Program-made: the position numbers and the translations under genes
Notes under the pieces: generated by a model
Seen by the model: only the letters and a program-made list of their open reading frames with translations
Database searches by the model: none
What the model was told of the DNA's origin: nothing
Source of the DNA: Kiritimatiellia bacterium
GTDB taxonomy: Bacteria > Verrucomicrobiota > Kiritimatiellia > RFP12 > UBA1067
Reading direction: 5' to 3'
Length of the DNA stretch: 64,000 bases
NCBI GenBank assembly: GCA_045599105.1
Contig: JAZRVL010000049.1
Span: 6,507-70,506 of the forward strand
Shown: positions 30,501-38,789 of the stretch, piece by piece
Layout: each line of letters begins with the position of its first letter
Numbering within the stretch: the first letter of the stretch is position 1

Positions 30501-33500
30501 TTGCATCCCCGCTGCTTTAACAGTCTCTGGGTCTACCACAATTCGCATCGTTCCTACAACATCATGAAGCCCAATATAGTAAGAACAAATTCCATTCGCT
30601 GGCAATGTGGAGAAGTCAAAACTCGTCACCGTCGTCCATCGCGAATCGTCGGCATCTGCCGCCGTCAAATCCCGCAAACTCGTTATATCGACTTTGTTAG
30701 TGGCGATTTGCAGCAGGAGTCTGGCGCTCGAATCCGCATTTTGATAGGCAAAAGTAAACATTCCGAGTCCAATTCCACGCGCCATTTCCGTGCTGCTACC
30801 CTCGTATCCATCCATTAAGGGCGAGCGAATGGATGCCGGCGCCCCATCCATCGTGCGCATCGGTGAAAGTTCAACGCGATGCGGGCCCTCCTCACCTTCA
30901 TCATAAATTTCGCAATCCACCCATGCCGAAGTAAAGACGAAATTAGTTGGCGAACCATAGCTCGTATCTTTGAAGAACGGCTGATTAACCGTGTTTGTAT
31001 AATCATCACCTCGCCATTGCGTAAAGCTAATATCATCAATGACCACATCCACCCGCGCATCGTCAAGCTCACCTCCATGCACAATTCGCAGCGCTGCATC
31101 CTCACGAATATACAAGGGGAGAGTGATTGGATCAGATATCATATATCCATCGATCTTGGCGCTTGCTACCGTAGTCCAGTCCGAAGTTCCCCGCTTTGCC
31201 CATTGTACGTCTACGGTTTGCGCTAAACTATCCGCCAATATGCCCCACGCGCCTTCCGCTTCGGTATATCTGTAACGCCCGTCCTCGAGCGCCCAGTATT
31301 TTGCAAGCTTATCCTGCTCGGATTTTACTGCGCCATTAAACACTACTGGATTTGTATCAAAGTATTCTGCCGTTCCACGATTGACAGAACCTAACCAGGT
31401 TACTGGCTTATCATAATAACGTGGAGCACGGAAAGTTGCTGGGCAATTCGCCGAGGCAACGCCAAAACTTCCTTTGTTGAGCGAAGTGTCCGAGTCCCAG
31501 TAGCAGACACTCATGAAATTATCATTTGCACTTGGCATCGCATTGAAGCTGCTCCGAGCGCGACAATAACCTGCTTGAACCTTTACGCCGCCGCTTGAAC
31601 GATCAACCGAAATATACATCACTGGCCGATTACCATCCGATCCACGAACAAATGGCGTATTCGCCCAATTTGAAAATGCCCCAATATTATGTTGCCCGCT
31701 TGTGAGGGTCGTTGCTTTGAGCGTTCCACCGCTCACCTTCCACTTCAGCAACTCATAAGCCATCTGGCGCTCATCAATCCTGGTCACCCTAAACTCATAG
31801 CATCCAACCATTGGGCGATAGTTCGCAACTACTGAAATTTGGCCATTGCCTGTAAAGTCCTCAATCCGATTGTCGTTGTTAATGGGCTGTTGATCCGACA
31901 TCACCGCCTGCGCTACGAAAGTATAATTCTCCAAGTCCGCATGTCCGTCAGCAAAACTATATGCAATATCGCCAAATTGAGTAGTTTGCGCGACACGCCC
32001 AGAAAAAGTCACCTTTTCCAATCCACGTGGAGCTTCAGCTGCATTTTGGAACTCAAGATAACCTTGCCCTTGACCCTCCATCTGAAACGCCATTCCCGAT
32101 TTTTGGAATCTTTCGTGAACCCACATACCATGTCCAGCCGTCCATCCGTTTGGCGTTTTGCTAGAGATAAAGGGAACATATCCAACATATCCTGTGTCGG
32201 GGGATATTACTGCATTAAACACTTCTTTCCAATAAGGACTTGTAGGATCGCTTCGTTTCCAATTTTCAAAGCGCTCAATAAATGATTTCATACGTCCTGC
32301 AACTCCGCTGATACGACCTTCCGCTTCCGAGGAACCCACAAAAATCTCCTCCATCTTATTCGCATCATTCCATCCATTGAAGTTTTGATAATCGGCACGA
32401 GTAACCGTAAGCGACCGAGAACTGTCGTCAATCATGAACATCAAATGTCCCGTTGCTGCCGTGCACTCAACCTTTGACCACTGATCCGCATCTCCCTTGA
32501 CAAGTTGAGCACTCTTGGTATTGGCAAGCGACGGCAAATCAAACTCCGACTTCCAATAATTGGTAACGCAGGTTTCCAAATCTTCTCCAAGTGCAATTCC
32601 CTCCAAGCGGAACTCCAACCCGCCTTCAATCGCTTCCGGCGTACGCACATAGCCCCGCCATTGATGCTCACCGACCACCGCGAGTGGCGTCTCAACGACT
32701 GGTGCGTCCTTTCCAGCGCGAGTAAACACCCTCACCAATCCATAATTGCTCTTGCCCTCGCGGAGGCGCACGAACCAATCTGTGCCCATCGTCGGATACA
32801 CATTTTCCGCAACTCCTGCGTGATTAGTCACCACCGAAATCTCTTCACTATATCCTGGAACGCCAACTCCACTACCGCTATAGTCAACATAGCTATAGTA
32901 TGGTGCTTGAATATCCGTTTCGTAATAAAACTCTACATCACCGACCTCTGCAGGTAACGTCAATGACTGGGCAGACTTAAATCCTTTATCTGGGTCTAAA
33001 AATACCGTCTGCCAATCATTCATCGATTGATTCAAATAGCGCCAACGATAACGCATCCGTGCCGACGAAATAAAGGAGTTGGGGTTTACAATCAACGATG
33101 GATCGCCTGCCGTTCGATAGGTAGCAACCGCTTGCGCATAAACTGTATCGGCGATTGAAGGATAAGTTGGAATACAAGCACCTTCAAAGCCCATCACTTC
33201 CTTGCCACGACGAGTGCTATCATACTGCCCCGCTGGCGCCAAATCCACCTTCATTGCTGGATACGAGGCAATCACATTATCAATTAGAATGAGCGCCTTG
33301 CCATCAGGACTTGCCGAACGCTCTGGGTCAATGGATATACGACGAATTCTAAAGCGTGCAAGTCCATCTGCATCAATTGGTACATAAACCCGATAGAAAG
33401 TATCCATGGCCGCGCCCTTGTCGATATCAAGTTTAAGGACATCCGTTTCAGGGAGTTCCTCTTTAGCTACGCCATCAACAATTTTTATTGGCCACATCTT

Positions 33501-36059
33501 AATGGGCTTCCAATAGTCGGACTCATCGGCTGCATAAGCCGCCGCCTCGCCAAACACCGCCTCCACTACAATTTGATAACTATTGGTGCCCTTGTATTCT
33601 GGACTTGTCCAACCATTTACCGCATCAAAGTAAATCGTGCCCACTCCATTCGTATAGCAAGGCGAAACCACTGCTGCATCAAGCACGTTACGCATCACGA
33701 TTTGCCCGACGTCGCGCCGCCTAATTGCACGCGTTGAGTGTTCGCCAATTCTAAGTGAATGCTCGCTATCGTATGGTAAATAGTTTTGATCCCCTGCGAG
33801 TGGCGCTGTGTCATCATTACGCGGGAAGGTATTGCCGTGACGGCAATCTTTAAGCCGCCATAGCTCAGTCGTACTTTCGTCTTCCGCTAAATAAGCGTAA
33901 TATCTGGAGCTTGTGCCCGGCCGCAAGTTATAAAGCTCAATTTCATCCATTCCCTCATGCACCCAATAACTTGGCGTTTGCTTCATTGCACCTGCATTAT
34001 ATGCATCGTACCAACCCTGATAATTAATCGACGGAGCGGAGCGCGAGCCCTCGCGCCAGTCGTTGTTCATAAGGAGCACGCGCCCTTCTGCGCTCGAACC
34101 GAGCGAAGTATACGCATTATGTCCAACAACATTGATTTCTATGCGATGAACGAGTTGCTCATAATCGTCAGTCGCTTCTGGAACAAACGCCACAATATAC
34201 GTACCAGCACGAGTCATTTCATGATAATCGATAAGGTGTTCATCGGGATTTGTCACGTAATAGAAGTAATATGTCACAGCAGCATTGTCAGCGAGTTTGC
34301 CTTTATTGATAGTCAACGATGCCGGCGGTTTTTGAAGTTCCCAACGAACTGGATCTACCTTCGGATCTTCAACGAAATAATTGACCTTCTTTCGATTTCG
34401 TGTCACTAACGATGAAAATTCAACTATCGTTTCATCGGTAACTTCGTCCAATTTGGTTTGTGGTGGCGCTTTTTCATCATCCGAACGCCAATAAAGGACG
34501 ATCTTGTCGCCCGCTTGCGCGTTAGGCGCTAAAATCTTGATCGTCGAAACGCCCTCGACGTTCCACGACTCGATTTCGTAGTTGAGCATTTGCCCGTTTT
34601 TGTCTAAAATGAAGAATCCGCCCTCCGCTCGTGCGTGATTAAAGCCAATTGGATTTCCTTCAACGATAGAGAACTTAAAGAGCTCGCTGACCCCATTTGG
34701 CAACGTTATTTCAACATTGTCCGCAAATTTATTAGCCGATTCCTCATCCCAAAGATAGAAACTCGTTATTGCCTCGGCGCCTTCCCAATTATCAGATTCA
34801 TCAACTATTGCCTTAATATACCAAAGTCCCGCAGTCTTGGGCACCAATGTTGGCAGGGTGAATGGTAGCCATTCCTCTGCAGTCGCACTCTCGGCGTAAG
34901 TGTATTTAACTTGGGTTCCCCAGCGTGGGGTACAATTTGGGCTGTTTGCCCTCTCACCTATCTTCCAACCCTTGAGAGCGAGGTTGTCAATCCGATTAGT
35001 GGCTTTTTTAATTTCCCATTCAACTGTAACTACATCGCGCGTGTGATCAGTCCATTCAAAGCCATCATTTAGCGTTACTGTCGTAGTGTAATGCCCCGCA
35101 TAGATCTGATCAAGATAACCCGTACGAGTATATCCTTTTGACTCAAAAACTGCATTGGTGGCATTGCCCGTATAGTAAAAACTCTGCGGAGTAATTGGAC
35201 GATCAAGTGGCTCTGCGGAAACTGCGCTAATTCTAATAACGACGACGCCGTCGCCACCCTTTCCTCCAGGGGTTTTCTCCGAGCCACCGCCACCACCCGA
35301 GCCTCTCACACCATCGCTCGCCGCCATTTGTCCATTAGGACCAAACGCACCATTACCGCCGACTCCACTACCGCCTAAACCACGGTTATTGCCGACGAGC
35401 ACCGCGCCGCCGCCGCCCGCTGCATAGTAAAGCTCCTCGCCCGTAATATCGCATTCTTTGCCACTACCGCCCGCGCCACCAAAGACAAGAATATCTTTTA
35501 TTGAGGGCTCGCCACCACCTTTGCCAGCATAGTTATTACCGCCATTGCCAAATTTATCGCCCATCGCACCGCCCGAAGCCGTCCAATCAGCGAGTATTTT
35601 TCCGTCAAGCGCAATTGTCGTGTCGCCGCCCGCCGTCCCCTCTCCGCCGGCGCCAACGGTAATTGTATAAACACCGTTATTGAGCGAAATCGTCCCGTCG
35701 CTAAGCAAAAGTTGACCCGCATCACCTCCGCCACCACCGACGTTCTTCGCCTTGGTCTCGTCGCTCATCGTTGACGATCCCGCACCACCACCGCCGACCG
35801 CGAGGATACGCGCAACCGCCGAGCCAGGCAAAGTCAAAGTGCCATTATTTACCGTATTCGTATAAACAAAGACGATATCACCCTCACCTTCTGGTCCCGA
35901 CGGCCAAAGCACTTTCGCGCCCGTATATTCAAGCGTTACGCCCTGAAATGGCACACTCTCTGCGCGCGTCGTCCACACGATGAGCGATGCTAAAAGCGCA
36001 AATATTCCTCTTAAATACTTATTCAAAACGTAGTTCCAATCTAAAGAAGTTATAGCCAT
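27591..36059 (-). CDS. giant secreted protein (about 2820-2843 aa) with an N-terminal glycine-rich domain
   Basis: Uninterrupted ORF with signal-like LNKYLRGIFALLASLIVWTTRAES. The start is ambiguous: ATG 36122 (104-nt overlap with the upstream gene), ATG 36059 (41-nt overlap) or TTG 36026 (8-nt overlap, giving MNKYLRG...). Confidence 0.8.
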   Translation of the reverse strand: MAITSLDWNYVLNKYLRGIFALLASLIVWTTRAESVPFQGVTLEYTGAKVLWPSGPEGEGDIVFVYTNTVNNGTLTLPGSAVARILAVGGGGAGSSTMSDETKAKNVGGGGGDAGQLLLSDGTISLNNGVYTITVGAGGEGTAGGDTTIALDGKILADWTASGGAMGDKFGNGGNNYAGKGGGEPSIKDILVFGGAGGSGKECDITGEELYYAAGGGGAVLVGNNRGLGGSGVGGNGAFGPNGQMAASDGVRGSGGGGGSEKTPGGKGGDGVVVIRISAVSAEPLDRPITPQSFYYTGNATNAVFESKGYTRTGYLDQIYAGHYTTTVTLNDGFEWTDHTRDVVTVEWEIKKATNRIDNLALKGWKIGERANSPNCTPRWGTQVKYTYAESATAEEWLPFTLPTLVPKTAGLWYIKAIVDESDNWEGAEAITSFYLWDEESANKFADNVEITLPNGVSELFKFSIVEGNPIGFNHARAEGGFFILDKNGQMLNYEIESWNVEGVSTIKILAPNAQAGDKIVLYWRSDDEKAPPQTKLDEVTDETIVEFSSLVTRNRKKVNYFVEDPKVDPVRWELQKPPASLTINKGKLADNAAVTYYFYYVTNPDEHLIDYHEMTRAGTYIVAFVPEATDDYEQLVHRIEINVVGHNAYTSLGSSAEGRVLLMNNDWREGSRSAPSINYQGWYDAYNAGAMKQTPSYWVHEGMDEIELYNLRPGTSSRYYAYLAEDESTTELWRLKDCRHGNTFPRNDDTAPLAGDQNYLPYDSEHSLRIGEHSTRAIRRRDVGQIVMRNVLDAAVVSPCYTNGVGTIYFDAVNGWTSPEYKGTNSYQIVVEAVFGEAAAYAADESDYWKPIKMWPIKIVDGVAKEELPETDVLKLDIDKGAAMDTFYRVYVPIDADGLARFRIRRISIDPERSASPDGKALILIDNVIASYPAMKVDLAPAGQYDSTRRGKEVMGFEGACIPTYPSIADTVYAQAVATYRTAGDPSLIVNPNSFISSARMRYRWRYLNQSMNDWQTVFLDPDKGFKSAQSLTLPAEVGDVEFYYETDIQAPYYSYVDYSGSGVGVPGYSEEISVVTNHAGVAENVYPTMGTDWFVRLREGKSNYGLVRVFTRAGKDAPVVETPLAVVGEHQWRGYVRTPEAIEGGLEFRLEGIALGEDLETCVTNYWKSEFDLPSLANTKSAQLVKGDADQWSKVECTAATGHLMFMIDDSSRSLTVTRADYQNFNGWNDANKMEEIFVGSSEAEGRISGVAGRMKSFIERFENWKRSDPTSPYWKEVFNAVISPDTGYVGYVPFISSKTPNGWTAGHGMWVHERFQKSGMAFQMEGQGQGYLEFQNAAEAPRGLEKVTFSGRVAQTTQFGDIAYSFADGHADLENYTFVAQAVMSDQQPINNDNRIEDFTGNGQISVVANYRPMVGCYEFRVTRIDERQMAYELLKWKVSGGTLKATTLTSGQHNIGAFSNWANTPFVRGSDGNRPVMYISVDRSSGGVKVQAGYCRARSSFNAMPSANDNFMSVCYWDSDTSLNKGSFGVASANCPATFRAPRYYDKPVTWLGSVNRGTAEYFDTNPVVFNGAVKSEQDKLAKYWALEDGRYRYTEAEGAWGILADSLAQTVDVQWAKRGTSDWTTVASAKIDGYMISDPITLPLYIREDAALRIVHGGELDDARVDVVIDDISFTQWRGDDYTNTVNQPFFKDTSYGSPTNFVFTSAWVDCEIYDEGEEGPHRVELSPMRTMDGAPASIRSPLMDGYEGSSTEMARGIGLGMFTFAYQNADSSARLLLQIATNKVDITSLRDLTAADADDSRWTTVTSFDFSTLPANGICSYYIGLHDVVGTMRIVVDPETVKAAGMQKNPNYGRVIITQVFCRDEPVLDTSCWWGWNLRTSADLHKSGDGQLMYLADNVADGGPLEDFGLSVALNNSVYSDTIYEEQAAYKEHQPFVQTPTFKDAEVGEVIFKARRYDVNKGETARITVYGAKSGDLTDDSQWKYVTHFDVTDNLYHTYSYRTEPGDEYKVFRFAVVGVKDAQEMGKADDPRPDVPVRVAFDEVVVCEAVRPMLAFRNVFAFRSNLKGRAFNPGYQDKTEQPLANEDFGVQAEVYASQLPDDIDFKKGIKVTLHWYNGLMTWGYDNWQNDKKTGHLQLVECEDAPLVFRGSYDNSSCIGAIKEPGSVVQYMLEVEYYTTESDKPVKTLMRKNDWEKPQWYVGIDYNDVEYKSYNSFAAYTILDSVSPGWAWINEVNVFGGYVDELSYKNRDENYQFVEVAIPYEASIPGWHLDFISMEGTTNTACLFTDTTSLTRKLAPGEATSSKKTHEDSKCVFLSVASPGSSDNIVSAGGDVDGTWKLAVNDCTFAADGHIASDFYPVAIRLVRDSGVIEQEIVLEGTNIYNEISSEKGYEYSAEKLALDLNAGEAGGAWFDIGNDMLDGDHSLSVLTSHGEGVENWSNTPKRTPGRKNEGQTIDPNHPTPSGSTVFVYCYVEPEPGHFTQTVGEAIDTTEPVLVIVPKESPDGTNIVYNIENWYELGEVTTNGVPIVLSETRGKVTVNVARNATETIEVRAKSKPDSRLDEYVKADDPYRMAIVDWLNKGMNAHGEMFECDDSPQEIHIAGLMKMNGEIKRELSLTEMYWLDINPFQADWAFKVGFVERPSRVVIDEDAEEGDIKENRRLSVYMCITNTREEVVTGSPRAPDVLRSVDPGKTSLDYIRGDISSWTSVTFKVTGKIVNNLPYNKGWVPLRWFIFGPNSFYPAGSEKEFQSSIEIIDPYSRYSPTWKDGWGEWWGRRDEAPVFNWFKINTEISNIGIETLSPVNWYDFGEKEEK
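35229..35840 (-). other. glycine-rich domain in the 2843-aa protein
   Basis: ILAVGGGGAGSS...VGGGGGDAGQLL...YTITVGAGGEG...FGGAGGSGK...YYAAGGGGAVLVG...GSGGGGGSEKTPGGKGGDGVVVIRI. From memory this matches the bacterial and phage glycine-rich-domain family that ends in G-V-V-I-R. Confidence 0.55.
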
Positions 36060-38658
36060 CGGTAATCTTCGGCTCGGTGCAATCGGTCCAATCGTCGGTA
36101 AGTTGCGCCTTGCCTTGGACATGCCAAACTCCGTTGAACTCCCACACGGGCTTACCGATCGTAATTACTCCCGTCGTCGAATCAACCGCAATCGAAGGAA
36201 TCCGCAAGTCGCCCGTAAAGCCGTTCAGGAGATATTCGCGGTTAAAGTCCTCTTTATTCAACCTTTCTGGCAAATATCCCTTGCCCTGCGCCCAAATGAT
36301 AATCTTCTTGAAGCGCTCATCGTCTGCCGTTGCTTCGTCGTTTTCGATCCCAAGCTCTTGCGCAATCTCTCTCGCCGAACGCGACGAGTCCTTCGCATTT
36401 GTCGCGCTAATCGTCGCCGAGGCCGCTTCCGCGCCAGCGTCTACAGTGAAGGAAAGCCCATCCGGCGTAATCCCGACGGGTTCGGAAATCGTAGCGTCAA
36501 TATACCACGGTGCAAGCGTCAGCTCAATCGTGTAGGTCGTTTCGAAATCGACTTCGACCGGCTCGCCAGCGACAAGTTCCTTAATAGGTTCATCGCCCTT
36601 CATCAATTTCGCCGACTCAATGCCCTCTCCGAAAGTAGCGGTGAAATTCACGGAAGCAGGAGGAGGAGGAATAGCTTCCGCTACAATCGTGCAAACGGGA
36701 TCTTCCGCACCAGAAATAATCGTGAACGTCGTTTCCGACAAGGTCGCGCCGCCCTCGGCAGTCCACGTGCCTTGTCGGTAATTTTCCGCGTAAACGTCCT
36801 CGGTAATTTCCAAAGTTGTCGATTCTCCCACGAAATTAAGCAATTTCTCTCCCGCCTCGGTTACTTCCATCGGCGTTCCGTTCGCCTTAAAGCTCTTAAC
36901 CCCTTCCGTCCACTTTAACTTGTAAGTGCCGCCTTGGGTAATCGTCCAGTAGCCATCCTCCAATTCGCAGCCCCGTCCCTTTGCAAGGTTGCCCATATAA
37001 CTAAATGCACCATCTGTCGTATTTTCAGGGTTTTTGAACGACCCGTTAACTATCGACAAAGCTTCACTTGCGCCGAACTCGTCGGTAAGCACTGTTTCAA
37101 TCGTAACGCCCTTGTCGTTTTCAAGATTGCCAATCGTCACCGTGCCCGGGATGCCCGAGATATTAAAGAGTCCTTCCGCATCTCCCACCATCTTACCGCC
37201 GCCGACCGTATCAATCAGGGTAAAGCCCTTGCACTCCTCGTTGATGGTAAAGAGCACGCCCGAAATACCTTCCTTGGTAATTGTATGACCCTTAAGATCG
37301 AGCGTAATCGCCGGCATTTCACTACCGATCAGATACCCTTCTTCCATACTCGTTTCCAGTGCCGTTGAGAAGTCGTCGGCAAGCTCGATCGTAATCGGCT
37401 CGCTACCCAGATCGGCGAAAACCTCCGAAAGAAGCGAATAGGTATTATCGCCGACCTTAAAGCGGGGTGCCGCCTTGGGATTCACGACGATGGTGCAAAC
37501 CGCATTCGCGGCGGTAATCGTAAAGGTATCGTTGTCGAGCGTCGCACCGCCCTCGGTTGTCCACGTACCCGCTTCATAGACCGCTTCGTTGTAGGTAACC
37601 TCGGTAATCTCCGCCCTGTCGCTCGCGCCGGTAAAAGCGATTTCCTTCGCGCCGGCGCCTCCCTCAACCGAAACCGCCTCGCCGTTCAGCTTAAATCCCG
37701 TGACCCCTTCCGTCCACTTCAAGGTCCACACGCCACTCTGCGCGAACGCGGGAGCCGAAGCGTAATCGACTATCGACAAATCGTCGATCTTCCCCACGCC
37801 GTTGAAGCCGGCCGCGGCAATCACATTCGCGTCGTCGGTTCCCGCGGCAATCAAGCTCGGGAAAAGCCGTTTCTGCGCATAAAGATCCTTCGCCGTCGCA
37901 TTAAGCTTGCCTTTAAGATAATAATTAAACGCTTCTGCATAATCATTCGCACTCGACTCCGCACACGCAACTGGCACTTGATCTCCATCAATAAAAATCT
38001 CAAATCCAACTACCGCAGGCTCATCGGTAATGATATTGTCAATTGCCCGCACCGTGAGTCGATGCCATGAGTCGGGCTCAATTGCAATATCAAGCTTGAA
38101 ATCAACTCTGGAAATATCGCGATCCGATTCACCAATTGATCCTGCAGTCACGTAGAGATTGGTATCAGCACCGCCATCAGTTCCAAGCCAAACAAGAATT
38201 TTTGCCCGTTCGAAATCGGTCGGCGTCTCCAACCCATCAATCGCGCTAAACTCCATCAAAGTGTCAATGATAATCCCATTACTAATTGCTGGTGCATCTT
38301 GATGGCTTGGCAAAAAGCCAATATTATTTACCGACGTACGATACAATGGATTTATCGACGACTCCATAAGTACATATTTATTCCCAGGGCCATCCTCAAC
38401 CAACTTTGGCTCGTCTGGCTTATAAACATAACTATCACCGGTTCCTAAATAGGCACCAACGATTGCGGTTTGTTCCTTGTAATCTGATTGCCAGAAGCGA
38501 ACATCACTGCCCTGGCCGGAATCATCGCATTGCACATCAATTTTATAATTGGCGCCAAACTGCTCAAACCCTATCAAATTAGAAAGCGGCTCTCCTACCG
38601 CCCTCGCGCTAAGCACGACGGCAAATACCGACAATAATGTCAATATCTTAAGTTTCAC
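36019..38658 (-). CDS. secreted protein (879 aa) with a LamG-like N-terminal domain and a duplicated 84-aa module
   Basis: GTG start with signal peptide MKLKILTLLSVFAVVLSARA. DSWHRLTVRAI...GFEIFIDGDQV is LamG-like. First gene of the giant operon. Confidence 0.8.
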   Translation of the reverse strand: MKLKILTLLSVFAVVLSARAVGEPLSNLIGFEQFGANYKIDVQCDDSGQGSDVRFWQSDYKEQTAIVGAYLGTGDSYVYKPDEPKLVEDGPGNKYVLMESSINPLYRTSVNNIGFLPSHQDAPAISNGIIIDTLMEFSAIDGLETPTDFERAKILVWLGTDGGADTNLYVTAGSIGESDRDISRVDFKLDIAIEPDSWHRLTVRAIDNIITDEPAVVGFEIFIDGDQVPVACAESSANDYAEAFNYYLKGKLNATAKDLYAQKRLFPSLIAAGTDDANVIAAAGFNGVGKIDDLSIVDYASAPAFAQSGVWTLKWTEGVTGFKLNGEAVSVEGGAGAKEIAFTGASDRAEITEVTYNEAVYEAGTWTTEGGATLDNDTFTITAANAVCTIVVNPKAAPRFKVGDNTYSLLSEVFADLGSEPITIELADDFSTALETSMEEGYLIGSEMPAITLDLKGHTITKEGISGVLFTINEECKGFTLIDTVGGGKMVGDAEGLFNISGIPGTVTIGNLENDKGVTIETVLTDEFGASEALSIVNGSFKNPENTTDGAFSYMGNLAKGRGCELEDGYWTITQGGTYKLKWTEGVKSFKANGTPMEVTEAGEKLLNFVGESTTLEITEDVYAENYRQGTWTAEGGATLSETTFTIISGAEDPVCTIVAEAIPPPPASVNFTATFGEGIESAKLMKGDEPIKELVAGEPVEVDFETTYTIELTLAPWYIDATISEPVGITPDGLSFTVDAGAEAASATISATNAKDSSRSAREIAQELGIENDEATADDERFKKIIIWAQGKGYLPERLNKEDFNREYLLNGFTGDLRIPSIAVDSTTGVITIGKPVWEFNGVWHVQGKAQLTDDWTDCTEPKITDGYNFFRLELRFE
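36679..36930 (-). repeat. 84-aa module, copy 2 (aa 577-660 of the 879-aa protein)
   Basis: GTYKLKWTEGVKSFKANGTPMEV...GTWTAEGGATLSETTFTIISGAEDPVCTIVA aligns with copy 1. Confidence 0.75.
37483..37734 (-). repeat. 84-aa module, copy 1 (aa 309-392 of the 879-aa protein)
   Basis: GVWTLKWTEGVTGFKLNGEAVSV...GTWTTEGGATLDNDTFTITAANAVCTIVV. Confidence 0.75.
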
Positions 38659-38681
38659 AAGTACTATCCCAACGCAGGGAA

Positions 38682-38690
38682 ATTATATCA
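38682..38690 (-). promoter_or_regulatory. extended -10 element TGATATAAT upstream of the giant operon
   Basis: The minus strand reads TATGATATAAT. This places the -10 hexamer (38687-38682) 23 nt upstream of the GTG at 38658. A weak -35 TTGTGT lies 18 nt upstream. The same 9-mer occurs at 54933-54941 and 55828-55836. Confidence 0.45.
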
Positions 38691-38718
38691 TACTTCGCTC
38701 GCTAAACACAAGCATTTA

Positions 38719-38789
38719 GTTGGAGAAATTAGTTGAAGCTCATTTTCCCCAACTTGGAAAAAATATCCAACATTGGACAAAAAGTCCAA
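38719..38789. promoter_or_regulatory. three TTGG(A)-N-(T)CCAA palindromes upstream of the giant-operon promoter
   Basis: GTTGGAGA (38719-26) pairs with TCCCCAAC (38746-53). TTGGA (38754-58) pairs with TCCAA (38766-70). TTGGAC (38773-78) pairs with GTCCAA (38784-89). Confidence 0.35.

Noticed and set aside
36103-36918. 271-aa plus-strand ORF, plus other 100-240-aa antisense ORFs inside the 879-, 2843- and 4021-aa genes (for example 17989-18708 and 29631-30302).
   Set aside because: They are Arg-rich nonsense-like translations nested antisense in strongly supported giant ORFs.
15139-38658. Reading the giant operon as an RTX/T1SS adhesin, autotransporter, T9SS or sortase/PEP-CTERM substrate, or as a polymorphic toxin.
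   Set aside because: I found no GGxGxD nonapeptide tail and no C-terminal barrel or terminal Phe/Trp. There is also no LPXTG, no PEP plus TM plus Arg tail, and no recognisable toxin or immunity pair or transporter genes in the window. This absence is by eye only.
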